Source: Tubulanus polymorphus
Taxonomy: Eukaryota > Animalia > Nemertea
Assembly (NCBI RefSeq): GCF_964204645.1
Contig: NC_134031.1
Coordinates: 14,929,807-14,993,806, forward strand
Length of the DNA stretch: 64,000 nt
Reading direction: 5' to 3'
The first letter of the stretch is position 1. The number at the start of each line of letters is the position of its first letter. The notes under the pieces were generated by a model, which worked only from the letters and a program-made list of their open reading frames with translations, made no database searches and was not told where the DNA came from. Made by a program: the position numbers and the translations under genes. Positions 1 to 12,919 of this stretch are shown here, one piece after another.

Positions 1-365
1 CAATCCTGCTAAGAGTCTGGAGTCACAATCCTGCTAGGAGTCTCAGTCACAATACTGCTGGGAGTCTGGAGTCACAATCTTGGTAGGAGTCTGGAGCCAC
101 AATACTGTTGAGAGTCTTGAGTGACTGGAGTCACAATCCTGCTAGGACTCTGGAGTCACAATACTGCTAAGCGTCTGGAGTCACAATCCTGCTAGGAGTC
201 TCGAGTCACAATACTGCTGGGAGTTTGGAGTCACAATCCTGGTAGGGGTCTGGAGTCACAATACTGTTGAGAGTCTGGAGTCACAATCCTGCTAGGAATC
301 TGGAGTCACAATACTGCTAAGAGTCTGAAGTCACAATCCTGCTAGGAGCCCTGAGTCATAATACT
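1..365. repeat. ~25-bp minisatellite (GAGTCTGGAGTCACAATCCTGCTAG)n, truncated by window start
   Basis: Tandem units read directly from the sequence. Confidence 0.9.
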
Positions 366-1399
366 ACAACGTGACTACATAAAACGTTTGAAAGAAGTGA
401 TCGTGCCATTAGGACCTTAACAGATCAGGGAATCCAACATTCTCTAATATTTCCCTGAACTAGGAGTTCTAGGATTATGTTTTGAGGGATTTGACTTGTT
501 TCTAACTTTCAGTTTCAGTAAAATATATTCATTGTGAAATTGTGTTTATTGAATCAGCATTACACATGCCCTATAAACCCTAGCCTGTGATTGGCTGAAG
601 ATGGTCACCTGGTATGCAAATGAGTCAATAGCTGATCACTTAATCTATGTCACAATAACCTTAACCCTAACCCTAGCCCGTGATCGCTCGTTCAGAGCTG
701 GTCACCTAGTAGTATTTAAACAAACAGACCATACTTGAAGAAACATGGCTAAATTTCAACATAAATTGACTAGGATTTTTATTGGTCCTGTTCAGAAGAT
801 GAAAACCGAAGTATCATCAGGAAAGCCCAAAATCTGAAACTTATTGATTCGTTGGCTGTGAAGTATTCTAGAGCGTTCAAAATATCATGTGATCTTTCTT
901 TTGATTTTCACTAAGAGTCAGAATTCCCCGATGTTCGCTGATATCTGTTAGAATTATGTGTAGTGAACTGTGATGAGACACACATGTTACACGGCACAGA
1001 TATAGAGACAGTAGGCGAGGGGGGGTTGTAAAATCAGCAGCTGTCAACAACATTCATTCATTCAATGTTAATTCACAATTGTATGTTTAATTTCATCATT
1101 AATCTATATATGGTACTGCGTCAATCATTCAAAATTACAATAAAATTCTTCCTATTAAATTGAACTGAATAAATTCATATTCAAACTGTTGAATAATGTT
1201 AGAGTCAGTCGTCATTATCTGTCAGTCTGTCAAATCAAGCATTCGGGCGGTCCATCAGTCAATCAGTCAGTCAAGTTTTCATGACCAGAGATCAGGGGCT
1301 GCAGTTGTTCAAAATTTCTCTCAGCTAACCAAAGGACAACAGACAATTCCTGGTGGTTTCACCTCACAGTTAAATCACCGAGACCAGATCCACAAGCAG

Positions 1400-2020
1400 A
1401 AAACAGGGTACACACGAGGAGTAGGCAGGGTGCACGCACTCACTCACGAGGGGTAGACAGGGCACACACGAGGAGTAGACAGGGTACACACACTCACTCA
1501 TGAGGGGTAGATGGAGTACACACTCACTCACGAGGGGTAGACAGGGTATACATGAGGAGTAGACAGGGTACACACACTCACTCATGAGGGGTAGATGGAG
1601 TACACACTCACTCACGAGGGGTAGACAGGGTATACATGAGGAGTAGACAGGGTACACACTCACTCATGAGGGGTAGATGGAGTACACACTCACTCACGAG
1701 GGGTAGACAGGGTATACACGAGGAGTAGACAGGGTACACACACTCACTCATGAGGGGTAGATGGAGTACACACTCACTCACAAGGGGTAGACAGGGTATA
1801 CATGAGGAGTAGACAGGGTGCACACACTCACTCATGGGGTAGATGGAGTACCACTCACTCACGAGGGAGAGACAGGGTACACATGAGGGGTATACAGGGT
1901 ACACACGAGGGGTAAGACAGTTTACACTCATGAGGGGTATACATGAAGGGTAAACAGGGTACACACTCACACACTCAAGAAGGTTAGCCAGGGTACACAC
2001 CCACAAGGGGTAGACAGGGT
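1400..2020. repeat. Complex minisatellite (GAGGGGTAGACAGGGTACACACTCACTCA-type, with higher-order structure)
   Basis: Direct tandem repeats; they explain the repetitive ORFs 1370-1663 and 1608-2006. Confidence 0.9.
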
Positions 2021-2383
2021 TCCATCCACTGATGCACTCATTTAGTCAACATCACTGATGGTCAAATACCGACTAATTACAATATTCTAACTGTAATAAT
2101 TGATGCAAAATCATGTGAATAATAGCATCAATTATTTGTAGATTACCCACGCGCAGGCCAAGGCGGGGATTATTAACATTCCACCAGCGCAGGACAGGCG
2201 GGGATTACCAACTGATTACCCTTCAGTTAAGGAGGGGATTACTGACTGATTAGTATTTTATGAATAATATTAACATATGAATCCAGTTTTCCTAAATTCC
2301 ACAATTCCACAGTTGTGAGTGAACTGTTTGACCGATAGATTTAAGTTTTGATTGAAATTTCACCGCAAATCTAACTGGAATAT

Positions 2384-5300
2384 TTAAAGAATAAATGAAT
2401 ATTTGTCAAACCTGTTATTGTTATCGTCTGCTAGCGCCGTCTGCCGCTCCGTCTGACTTAGTTGTTGATCATCGATATTTTGTCCGATTGTTTCCGCCCG
2501 GTTTTTTTCTAATTCGTTGTCCGTCGAAACTAAAACGTGCGGATCTAAATTCAATTGTTGCCGCTGTTGTTTAATTTGGTTTAAATCTTCAGCCGTCTGA
2601 ATTAATCGCGGCTCGATTTGATCGGTTGAACTTTGAACCTGTAAGAGAAATTGAATATTTCCGTTCTTCAATCAGGCCTAATGCAGCCGTCAATCTGCTG
2701 TCTGTACCCGCCCGCTTGGACAACCGACGTCGACCCTGTCGATGCCTTGACGATCAGTTTTTGTAAGGATGGCGATAACATCCGAAGGGTGCGGCGTTTG
2801 GATGTCGAATGTCCGGCATTGCGAACTAGGGCAGCATGGCGAATGTCACTCGAATATATTGCCATTGAAATGACGAGATGAGTGATGTTAAAATTCTATA
2901 ATAGTGTCGATGATATTTCTGAATTTAATGAGGACTTCGTGCCACCAGCTATCCCGCTAGATGGCGTGCGTAACAGTGCGACAACCCCGTCAAAATCTAG
3001 TCCATTTTCAATGAAACTTCATCTACATTTTTAGCCTCCTTCATCAGAAATTAGGCAAATCCCTCCTCTTGATAAACGCAGATGATCTTAAGGTTCATAT
3101 TTAAGGTGGTTTTTACTGATCACCATTCAAAGAATTTGAGAAATTATGGATAGACTTTAATTGAATATGAGAAGAAATCCGGTAGTTGTCTGAGTGCACA
3201 CTCGCGAACCTGGTGAATCCTCACTTGCCACAAGTGGAATCCTCGATTGCCGCAGTCGAACGTAGAGTCCTCATTATGAACAGGATTCAAACCGTACATA
3301 TACGTGATAACTAAGGTACTGTGGAATTCTGGGGCCAGTTGCTCATAACAGGGTTTCCAGTGGTAAGGCCAGGGTAAAACGAAGTACTAAGAAGGACTTT
3401 TTCTACAATTTTAACCCCAAAAGGAAGGCCCAAAAGGGAGCATTTTCGCAATGCCTTTGCCGGAATACTATAGTCGTGTAGACCAGTCATACATTTCAGG
3501 GTAATTTCATAACACTTTCCTGCATATTCAATCTTACTGATAATTGAATTACCAGGCATGAGTAATAAAATACTTCAACAGTCGAATTTGCGACAAAATT
3601 GCGCGCGAAAATTCTTAAAAATCAAATTTGGAAGGACTTTTTCATCAAAAGGAAGGACAAAGATGATGTTTGTCCAAACTTTTTCCAAAAGGAGAAGGAC
3701 TTGGAAGGACCGCTGGAAACCTTGTCATAAGTTGTTTAGAGTTAACCAGTGGATAGTTGACATAGTGTCAATCAAAAGTTAATTGTTACTATGGTATTCA
3801 TCCAACCGTTATCTTTAGCCAACTTTTGAGAGACTGGCCCCTGAAAAATATACAGATAACACGAGTGTGAAGTTTGAAATTGTATCAAATTAGGCATTTT
3901 ACCAAACACCATTCTATAAATACAAGAAACATTCGGTATCTTTCATCATATTCTCACTGCGAAAATAAATCTCAGTCTAAGTGAGAAAGCCGAAGAGAGC
4001 TTCTATGTTTGAAATAACTTCATTGCGATGGATCTTTTTGTTGCTTTTTCTGGCGTAGTTTTGACGATCAGTTTTTACGAGGATAACAATAGCCTGACAA
4101 TTGTCTGAGGGGTGGGGGGTGGATACAGAACAGCAGATTGACAGCTGCGTTACTGACAACAAGGTCGAATTGTGCTCCGCTCAAAATATAGTTCTGATAG
4201 GCCGAATTAATTCAGATTTAATGGATCACCGGGTAAATCTAAGGATCTCGCTAAACAGCTTAAGTTGATTGAAAAAAAAAATTTAATGCTCTTTAGGCAC
4301 CAATACTTATTGCTAACAACTCGGTAGGTTTTCAATTTCTTTACGAAATGAAAAAGCGCCTGTGGCAAGCTAGTCTCAATCAGTAATACCACTTTCTTCA
4401 GATTAATTGAAAACGAACAATGAACCAGATGTTGATTAAAGAGATAAGATCGTTTTAAACCCTGGCGCTTTGCCAATTATTAGAGAGATAGTTAAACAGC
4501 TAAACGCGCATACAGGGTTCCCAACGTACCCACAAAAGGTTTCCAGGGCTCCAATCGTACGCAGGGTTCCCATGGACCCAGCGTACGCTGGGTTCCCTGT
4601 GTACACAAAGTTCCCATGGACTCAGCGTACGCAGGGTTCCCATTGACCCAGCCTACGCAGGGTTTCCAGGGTTCTTATTGTACAGGGTTCCACTCTACAC
4701 GCTCTCAGAGAAATTAGTTTTTTTTATCAGATTGAATGTTAAGTGTTCATGAACTTCAAATCAAATGAAATTTTCCGATGCAGCATTTATCCAAGCTAAG
4801 GAAAAGATAAGCTTATCATTTATCAAACCTACAAGAAGTGAAAATCAGTTTCAAAATTGTTTTACAATTATTCAGTGGGAATTGTTCTTTGTCCCGTCAC
4901 CTCCGGCCTCACCTCTAAATGTTTATTCTCATCTGAATTCTGCTGATGTTTCGTTGTTTTTTCCGGATGATTTTGATCTGTTTTTGCCGCGTGTTCTGAT
5001 GGTATTTGTGGTTGCTGTGGAGACCGCTGCTGCTGCAGTTGTTGGGTTTCAGTGAAAGTTTCAGCGCTGTTCTGAGGTTCCGTTTTTGAACTCTGAATAA
5101 TGAAAATCAAAATCAAATCATTTATAGATAAACAATTTCCACTTAACCCTACCCCTAACCTACCGCCTACCCTGTCCATATACCCCACCTAGACAATACC
5201 GCCTACCCTGCCCATACCCTACCCATATCCTACCATCTACCCTGCCCATACCCAACAAACCCACATTGCTACAATGGAACCTCGTTACAACGAATTATCT

Positions 5301-5522
5301 AATTATATAACGAATATAGAATTTCATCGCAAGTAACGCAATTTGATTTATTTCATACTGGATATAACGAACTATCGGTTATAACAAACATATTTTGTCT
5401 GGTCCCGTGAAGTTTGCTGTAACGAGTTTCTGCTGTATCTCCAATTGACGAAATGTAATTGTACCTGTTGATTGTGTTTGACCGACTGACCGCTAGAAAA
5501 TTCACTATTGGAGTTTGTATCG
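2384..5522 (-). CDS. 3' exons of an unidentified gene encoding a Q/E/T/S-rich low-complexity C-terminus
   Basis: Three phase-compatible GT-AG exons: 5522-5465 (ttttcag|C GAT ACA..CAG|gtac), 5092-4901 (ttattcag|AGT TCA..GAG|gtgac) and 2638-2384 (ctcttacag|GTT CAA..stop). No recognisable domain; 5' exons not resolved. Confidence 0.5.
3349..3724. mobile_element. hAT-like MITE nested in a GGGGCCAGT-ended MITE (~3331-3841)
   Basis: TIR CAGGGTTTCCAG / CTGGAAACCTTG with TCATAA on both flanks; outer termini ggggccagtt / actggcccc. Confidence 0.6.
4512..4692. repeat. Short minisatellite (CGTACGCAGGGTTCCCATGGACCCAG-like)
   Basis: Degenerate tandem units. Confidence 0.7.
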
Positions 5523-5594
5523 CTGAAAATAAATAGCAAACAGGTTTGAGACTGGTGGGTGGAAGAAGCTGACACAAGGAGGATGAACTGTTAA

Positions 5595-5836
5595 CAGAGC
5601 TGCCAACCTAGATTTTATCTTTTGCTGACCACATGCCCAAGTTTATCAGTATTTTTCAAAAATTTTCCATTTAGTCCCCAATTTTCAAACCAGAAGACGT
5701 TTTAGAAATCAGTATTGAGGTCTTAAAAATCTGTATTAAGGGTTAATAACTAGCAACGATTCTTCTAAAAACCGAACGCCGTTTTTTCACATATTCCGGA
5801 ACGGTTACAGAAAAATCAGAAAGGTTGGCAGCTCTC
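5595..5836. mobile_element. hAT-like MITE
   Basis: TIR CAGAGCTGCCAACCT / AGGTTGGCAGCTCT; TGTTAA on both flanks. Confidence 0.6.
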
Positions 5837-5865
5837 TGTTAATAAGTAGTAAGTCAAGTGAGGGG

Positions 5866-6294
5866 GGTCCTCCTTATTACCGGGGTGACGTAATTTTCCG
5901 AGATGAACCGAGATGACATGAAATATAACATATTTATTTATTCCTTATCGATTTTAACACTTGAAATCATATTATATCAGTAATAAATACCTTCTAGAAT
6001 CATATTTTCCGGATATTTTGTAAAAAAGATTTTGACTTCAAATACGTCATCTCAGTTAGCGATAAAATTTCATTGAAATTGATTGATCGACGATCTCATC
6101 TTGGTAAAGTAAAAAGTTATTTTTTTACAAAAATATCCGAAAAAATATGTAAAATATGACTGTAGAAGGTATTTATTACTGTTATAATATGATTTCAAGA
6201 GTTAAAATCGATAAGGAATAAATAAATATGTTATATATTTCATGTCATCTCGGTTGATCTCGGTAAATTACATCATCTCGGTAAAGGAGGACCG
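5866..6294. mobile_element. Long-TIR (foldback) MITE, family A copy 1
   Basis: Nearly the whole element is an inverted repeat (ggtcctccttattaccg... / ...cggtaaaggaggacc); flanking duplication gtgagggg; homologous to 23427-23838. Confidence 0.85.
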
Positions 6295-7399
6295 GTGAGG
6301 GGGCAGTGCACCAGATCAGGCATCCAATCATACTTGCTTGCCAGGGGGATCAGTATCGTTCCCCGAGCTCGCTTCAAGCAGCATTAATGGCGTTTTTGCT
6401 CATGACATCATCGACTTGCGCAATACTTCCTTTGTGTTGTGCGCTAAAATGTTTGCTGTAGTAGTTTAGTTCGATTTAACGAGAAATCAAACAAAAACCT
6501 AATAATCTCGTTTGTGGCAAGTGCTGTGATTGGCCCGACTGGATTCTGGTCAGCTAGGAATGACTCCAACGAGTCAAGCGGTTCCAGGAACGGCTTCCAA
6601 GACCAAAGCGAAGTTTGTAACTTTTTTTTTGACAGATAGGTGAACGTGGCACCAAAACCCCCTGATTCAGTCGGGGAGATTAATTCCTTGTTTTTTCACA
6701 CAAACAATCCACTTCATTCCCAATCTAAATCTGGTGGTTTTAGAGAACACATCAAATTTTTAAATGCGGAGATTCAACAAATCAAAATTCAATAAAATCT
6801 AAATTGACAACAAGAAATGTTACTGTTAGTAGGCCTATTGTAGTTGAATATTTTTTACCCTGCGGAGTCTGTGGCACTGGTCATTGTTAGGATTACCACG
6901 CACAACCAGCAAACTGCACCCGTTGTTACTGCTATAAATTTCGGCATCTTTTACCGTCATAAACCCATCGAAATCCTCATTAAAACCGTCAATATTTCAC
7001 TGAATTTAAACATTTTTAACTTTTACTTCCGCTATTCTGCTACGTCTAATACGCATGCGCAGTGGCGTTTCGGTGTATTTATAACCGAATATATCTTAAA
7101 AAGCAGATTTTCTTGAATGAAACTTTTCAAAGACTTTGAAAAATTAAACGTTTGATCGAAATTATCTATAGAATACGATAGAAAAAATATCTTATATCGC
7201 AAGATTTTAACTGTCAAGTGCTGCCCTTCTACCGATCGTTGGCTGTGAATACTAACATGCCACAGTAGGAATGCTGTTAGACTGGGACGAATGGGACAGG
7301 CAACCAGTCTAATCATGCTAATAAGATAAAATCCCACTATTTACAGATTAAAAGAATTTAAAAACCAGAATTTATTTATTCAATCTAAAATATATATAA

Positions 7400-7443
7400 G
7401 ACACGACGTTTCGATCTCACCCTAGAGATCATCGTCAGGTGTG
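7400..7443 (-). ncRNA. Minimal type I hammerhead ribozyme (Penelope-like-element type)
   Basis: Minus strand reads ACAC-CTGACGA-T-GATCTC-tagggt-GAGATC-GAAA-CGTC-GTGT: CUGANGA and GAAA cores, 6-bp stem II, GUC cleavage triplet, ACAC/GTGT stem I. Confidence 0.75.
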
Positions 7444-9091
7444 AGATATAGACTAAAAACAGGCGTTACAGAGGAGGACAGGTTAATTGAGTAAATTGGT
7501 GAGTGAGTAAGTAATTCAGTGTTTGGCAAGGCATGAAGTAATATACTTAGAAAGAAGGGAATTATGCGGAGAGAAGCCATTATTTAAATTGGTACTAATA
7601 TCTGAGTGACGAGTAATAGAAATCCTGCTGTAATATCAGCAGCACATGATGGTCACCATCTAAATTTCAAAGTAATATATTTAAATCAGCTAGATGATAA
7701 TTTTCTCAGTTTGTAATTGGGTCCTTCCACGTGTTTGATCTCTCCTGTAGTGTAACGAGTAGGCCTACGTATACCTGTATTCATCGTATTCATGGTACGT
7801 TTTTAAAATGTTTTTATTCAATTTTTATCTTGATAAACCCGGGTATGTAAAAACCTTTTCCTTCACATACCACGGAAATGGTAAGCTGTCTCCACTGGTT
7901 GCGGCCGCAGCACTGCAGCAATTCTTGAATTCTTGCCACCGACACTACAAAACTGCAATGGAAATAATTCAATGAATTTCCTCCCCGAATGCTACGGGTA
8001 AAGTTGTATAATAATAGAAAAATAACAATAATAAATATCTTGATAAACAGCATATATTTTATCGAATTTCCGAAATAAATTTTTTCCTCGACCGTTTGGC
8101 GCTGTCACAACCGTTCAGATTACTTCAAGGGAGGATGGTCCAGAAGAAAAGAAAAACTAATCATTTTTCGGCGACTAGTGGGGTCCCACGATCTAAGGTT
8201 TAACGTCTTTGAAAAAATACCTCATAAAAGCTGTAATTCCCGAACGGATAAGTGTCCAATTTACGAGCTTTTAAAAATGTCTTGATGAAGAGGACAACCT
8301 CAATGGGAGGGCAGGCACCCCGTCACTATCCACCCACTACCGACTAGCCTCTGTTTTTTGTGTTCATGGCTGTATTCGTGCAAGAAGGTATGATTATTGG
8401 CTACTGCGTGCACTGCATGGCTGAACAGTTTCCGGTCATTCGGTTCTATTCACAATTGTGAACTGGATTTATCCAGGTACCTGAATCCGATCACTGATGC
8501 TGTTTGTGTCCGACTGGATCCCGGTTAAAGACTGGTTGATCTGTGGTTAAATTGTTTTATCCAATTTATACGTCAAATAATGTCAAAAGGTAGAAAGGTC
8601 GAGCTCATAAAAAATAAAAATAAATTCTCGCACGCTCGAATTTATTTTCATTTTTACTCACTCAACCTTTCAACCTTTCATCTGAACCCCCATTTATCTG
8701 ATTACTCTAATAATTCCATATATTAAAAGCGTGAATAGAGTGTTAGCATAACGATTTAGATAAATATATTCAAATATAGATTTCGAATAATATAAAATCA
8801 ATTTTAAACATGAAAAGTGTGAGTAAAGTGTGAGTAAAGTGCTAGCAAAACAATTTAGAATTTCAACATTAAATATAGAGAAATAATTATAGATATTAAT
8901 TATAAAAGTGTGAGTAACGTGTGAGTGAAATAATTTATATTTTAAACATATTCTAATATTTATATTTGTATGAGTTAGATCTTTAAATATAAATGTGTGA
9001 GTAAAGTGTGAGTGAAACAATTAATATTTTAACATTGAATATTTATATTTGTTGAGGTTAGATTCATTTTAATAAAAATCTTGTTATAAAA

Positions 9092-9679
9092 ATGAACGAA
9101 GAAGAACCCAAATTCAAAATCGAAATAAAAGAAACTAATAACTTATTTTCATTATTTAACATTAAAAATTATATCTCAGCAACAAATTTAGTGTATGAAA
9201 GACATCGTAAAATTGATAATATTACTGTAATTAATCAAATATTATCAAATGAAACGTAATTAATCACTGAACTAATATATACTTTTGATAATGGCGTCAA
9301 AAATCCTAAAATATTTAAAACTGATTTAAATTATAAAGGTAATTTAGCTGGAAAAATTATAAATATTCTTGAAACTCCTTTCAATGAAAAAGATAGTGCT
9401 TTAATACTTTCTAAAGGCTACAATGATTTGATTAACTTAAGAACTGAAAAACGACAATTATATTATTTCAATTCTAATAATAAACAAATTATCTATAATG
9501 AAAATTCATCTAATATTGGACTTCAATATGAATTAGATAATGAATTTAAAAATATTAATCCTAATGAAAAAGTGTATTGTTATTGTGGTGGCAAATATTT
9601 AAGATCACATAAATCAAAGCATTATCAAACAATTAAACATATCAATTATGGAAATAATAATAATTCTATATTGAAATAA
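9092..9679 (+). pseudogene. AT-rich intronless ORF relic (~195 codons, one internal TAA at 9257) with C-terminal CxCG...H..T.KH zinc-finger-like motif; probable Polinton/Maverick- or DNA-virus-derived
   Basis: ATG at 9092 is in frame with the 9428-9679 ORF; only one stop despite extreme AT content; ends YCYCGGKYLRSHKSKHYQTIKH. Confidence 0.5.
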
Positions 9680-10229
9680 GATTAAGCTGTATGTTATAAT
9701 TATACAATAGTTTAATAACTTGAAATAAGTTAATGAATAACTGTTAAATTGTTAAAATGTTGAATTATTACTGTTGAAATGTTTAATTATTTGACTGTTG
9801 AAATGTTAAATTGTTATTTGATTTAATCATTTAAAAGTTTTATATTTTAAAAATGATTATAAAACATTAAATTAAAAACTAGTAAACATTTATTAATTTT
9901 TTAATTTTTTTTCTTTAATAAATGGATGTTTCATTCCAACCGAAAGTATTGACTTGAAACATTATTTAGTTGGAGCTTTAATTTAAGCAGCATTATACTT
10001 TTATTATGAAAATATCAGTAAAGATCTGATTAACGAAAATATGAAATTAAGTAAGAAATGGAAAAAAATTAAATGGAAATAATCATAGAAATAATAATAA
10101 TAAAACAGTTATTGAATCAGATTTGTGAATTAATCTAAAAAATAAATGAGTGACAATATACTCAATTTATTACACTTTATTTGCTATTTAAACAGTCAAA
10201 TAATTAACTATTCAAACAGTCAAACAATT

Positions 10230-10680
10230 TAATAGCGTGAAACCACGTGGCTTGTTTATCAAATTCGCTAGATACGGTCGGAACAAGTTGATTAATATCG
10301 GAACCACTCGCAAAGACTTTTGTGTCATCTGCAAAAATTTTTCTGACATTAATTGAACCTTGGGGCACACCGGTAGATATATTCAAAAGTCGTGATTTAC
10401 AGTTACCAATTTGAACTGTTTGTTGTCCATTTTCCGAATAATTTCTAAACCAGCATAAAGCTTCACCTTTAATTCTATAAAAATCCAATTTTGACAATAA
10501 TATTTCTTGATCGACTGTATCAAAAATTTTTGACAAATCCAGATAAACACCGATAGTGGGATTTTTATTTTCAAGATTGTTAGGAATTTCATCGTAGATT
10601 TTGATAAATGCCATGGCAGACGAATGATTCTTCCTAAAACCGAACTGGTTGGAATTAATGATAGAAAATTTATCAAAATA
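10230..10680 (-). mobile_element. Non-LTR retrotransposon reverse-transcriptase fragment (CR1/L2-like), internally deleted
   Basis: Motifs QFGFRKNHS, YLDLSKIFDTVD, GVPQGS and FADDT in ORF 10204-10779. Confidence 0.9.
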
Positions 10681-10681
10681 A

Positions 10682-11719
10682 CATGGGCGTCCCCTGGTTT
10701 GTTTAGGGAGTTCATTTTTAGGAATAGAGGGCCGGGGTCTGCGGTCCAACCCCAGAAAATCTTTGAAAATTTCGTGCAAGCAGGTGCGTTCTGGTGCAAT
10801 CTGAGGCCGATAGGTAGACTGGTTAGAGGCCGTGCATAAAGTACGTACGCTTGACTTCGGGTATTTTTAACCCCCCCCCCTCCCCCCTTGTACGCTCATT
10901 GTACGTTTTTTTATAACCCCCCTTGCGTACATACTTTTAGGGGTAACCCCCCTCCCCCCAGTAAAACAGAATTTTCAGGAATAATGGTTTAAAGGAGGCA
11001 CAATCCACCCTGATTCAACAGAGTTCCTGCTGACGTTGATCAACGATCTTCCATGGCGACGAAATGAAAGACTAAAAGTGGAGAATTCCCGAGATCCAAA
11101 TATAATATATTGAATGCAACAAACCCAGGGAGACCGGTTTCGCAATTAAGGCAGTGTTTGCTGTACATTAAAGGAAGACAGGTTTACCCACAGACATAGA
11201 TGTTTATATTGAAATAATGATCACAATAAAAATAAACTATTGTTTGTTTTATTCTACTACCTATTGAATATAATTATGAACAGATGTATCTATCACGTAA
11301 GCCCAACAACGTATTAAATTAAACGAATAAGAGTTCATTCTGCATCCTCCCAACGGCTTATGATCGAACCCCAAACAGTCCAATGTGAATCAATAATCCA
11401 ACAAACTTCAAGTAATATATTCATTTTATTTTCACTAGACACACTTAGGATCGTCGGCAAACGGGGATATTTGTGAAATTCACATTATGTTTCGTGCACA
11501 AAGTACGTACTATTAATATTAACCCTCCCCCCTTGGAAAGTACCGGTATGTACGTTTTTAGCTGACCCCTCCCCTCCCCCTGTACGCTTTTGTACGGATT
11601 TTAAGAAGATTTTATTTTGCAAATTTAGCATGCAGACCATGTGCCGATGTTCGTCGACGTTTAAAATTCGTTTGAAGGGCGTTCGTTCGAACTATCGAAC
11701 CCCCCTAAGGACGCCCATG
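10682..11719. mobile_element. Non-autonomous DNA transposon remnant with nested MITE fragments
   Basis: Terminal inverted repeat CATGGGCGTCC / GGACGCCCATG; no clear TSD. Confidence 0.45.
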
Positions 11720-11912
11720 CAATAAGACATAAGTTAATAATATACAACTTTTTCAAGAATTTTTGAAAGGCAAGGCAAAATTGAGAGGCCGGTAGTTATT
11801 GAAATTATTTTTGTCACCACTTTTATATAACGATCGGTTTCTAGCGATCTTTAATTTGTCTGGAACAATTCCAGTCTGTTAACTTAGAAACACACGTAAT
11901 AATACTGATACT

Positions 11913-12569
11913 TATGGTGGCTGATAAGGGCCATCGCGTAAAATTCCTGGTATGTAAATGAGGGCGCCAGAACGCCAGAACGCCAAAACGAAAAAAAACG
12001 TCCAATTTTCCCTGAAAGTTCGTTTTGGCGCGCCAAAACAAAGAAAATTCCGTTTTGGCGCCCCCGCCAAAACAACGAAAAACGTCGAAATTTCTCTAAA
12101 AGTTCGTTTTGGCGCCCCCGCCAAAACGAACTTTCATTTTGGCGCCCCCGCCAAAACGAACTTTCATTTTGGCGCCCCGCCAAAACGAACTTTAAACCAC
12201 GTAAAATAATTCTATATATACGTAAAATATTTGCATATATGCAAATTTATGCAAATTACACACAAGATCAACGCGCCAAATTGAAAAATAATTTTACTGT
12301 GGTTGAATGCTTGTTTTGGCGGGGGCGCAAAAACGGAAATAACCGCGCCAAAACGAAATTTTCTTTGTTTTGGCGCGCCAAAACGAACTTTTAGAGAAAT
12401 TTCGACGTTTTTCGTTGTTTTGGCGGGGTCGCCAAAACGGAATATTCTCCGTTTTAGCGCGCCAAAACGAACTTTTAGAGAAATTTCGACGTTTTTTTTC
12501 GTTTTGGCGTTCTGGCGCCCTCATTTACATACCAGGAATTTTACGCTATGGCCCTTATCAGCCACCATA
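11913..12569. mobile_element. Foldback MITE with long TIRs and internal GGCGCC/CCAAAACG subrepeats
   Basis: TATGGTGGCTGATAAGGGCCA...TGGCCCTTATCAGCCACCATA; both arms mirror each other over >200 bp. Confidence 0.9.
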
Positions 12570-12919
12570 CAAACATCAACGCATTACTTAAATCGGAAAG
12601 TAGATTAAAAACCAAATTATTTTTCAAATGTAATGATACCCCATCCTTTCTTATCCCATTTCCCTACATCTGAAAATACTTTCGTATCCGTTCACATGTG
12701 GCTGTTGTTATTTTGAATAGCCCCAAGTCTCAGAAAGACCAATGCCCGAAAATTTGAGTTTTAAAATATCCAAAATCTTTGTTCATGCTTCGTACATTAA
12801 GGGATAAAATAGAAAACTTTTCCTTACGAAAAGGAGAATCACTATAATATTTACAATCTAAACAGTTCTACGAGATATTGTTAACGTTTGTAGAAAAGTC
12901 CATTATAATAATGATAATA

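Noticed and set aside
655-676. TAACCC telomere-like repeats
   Set aside because: Only about three degenerate units, interstitial
1196-2006. Repetitive ORFs of 86-132 aa
   Set aside because: Translations of a minisatellite
11841-12608. Cluster of overlapping ORFs (FWRGRQNE / GAPKR repeats)
   Set aside because: Subterminal repeats of a foldback MITE
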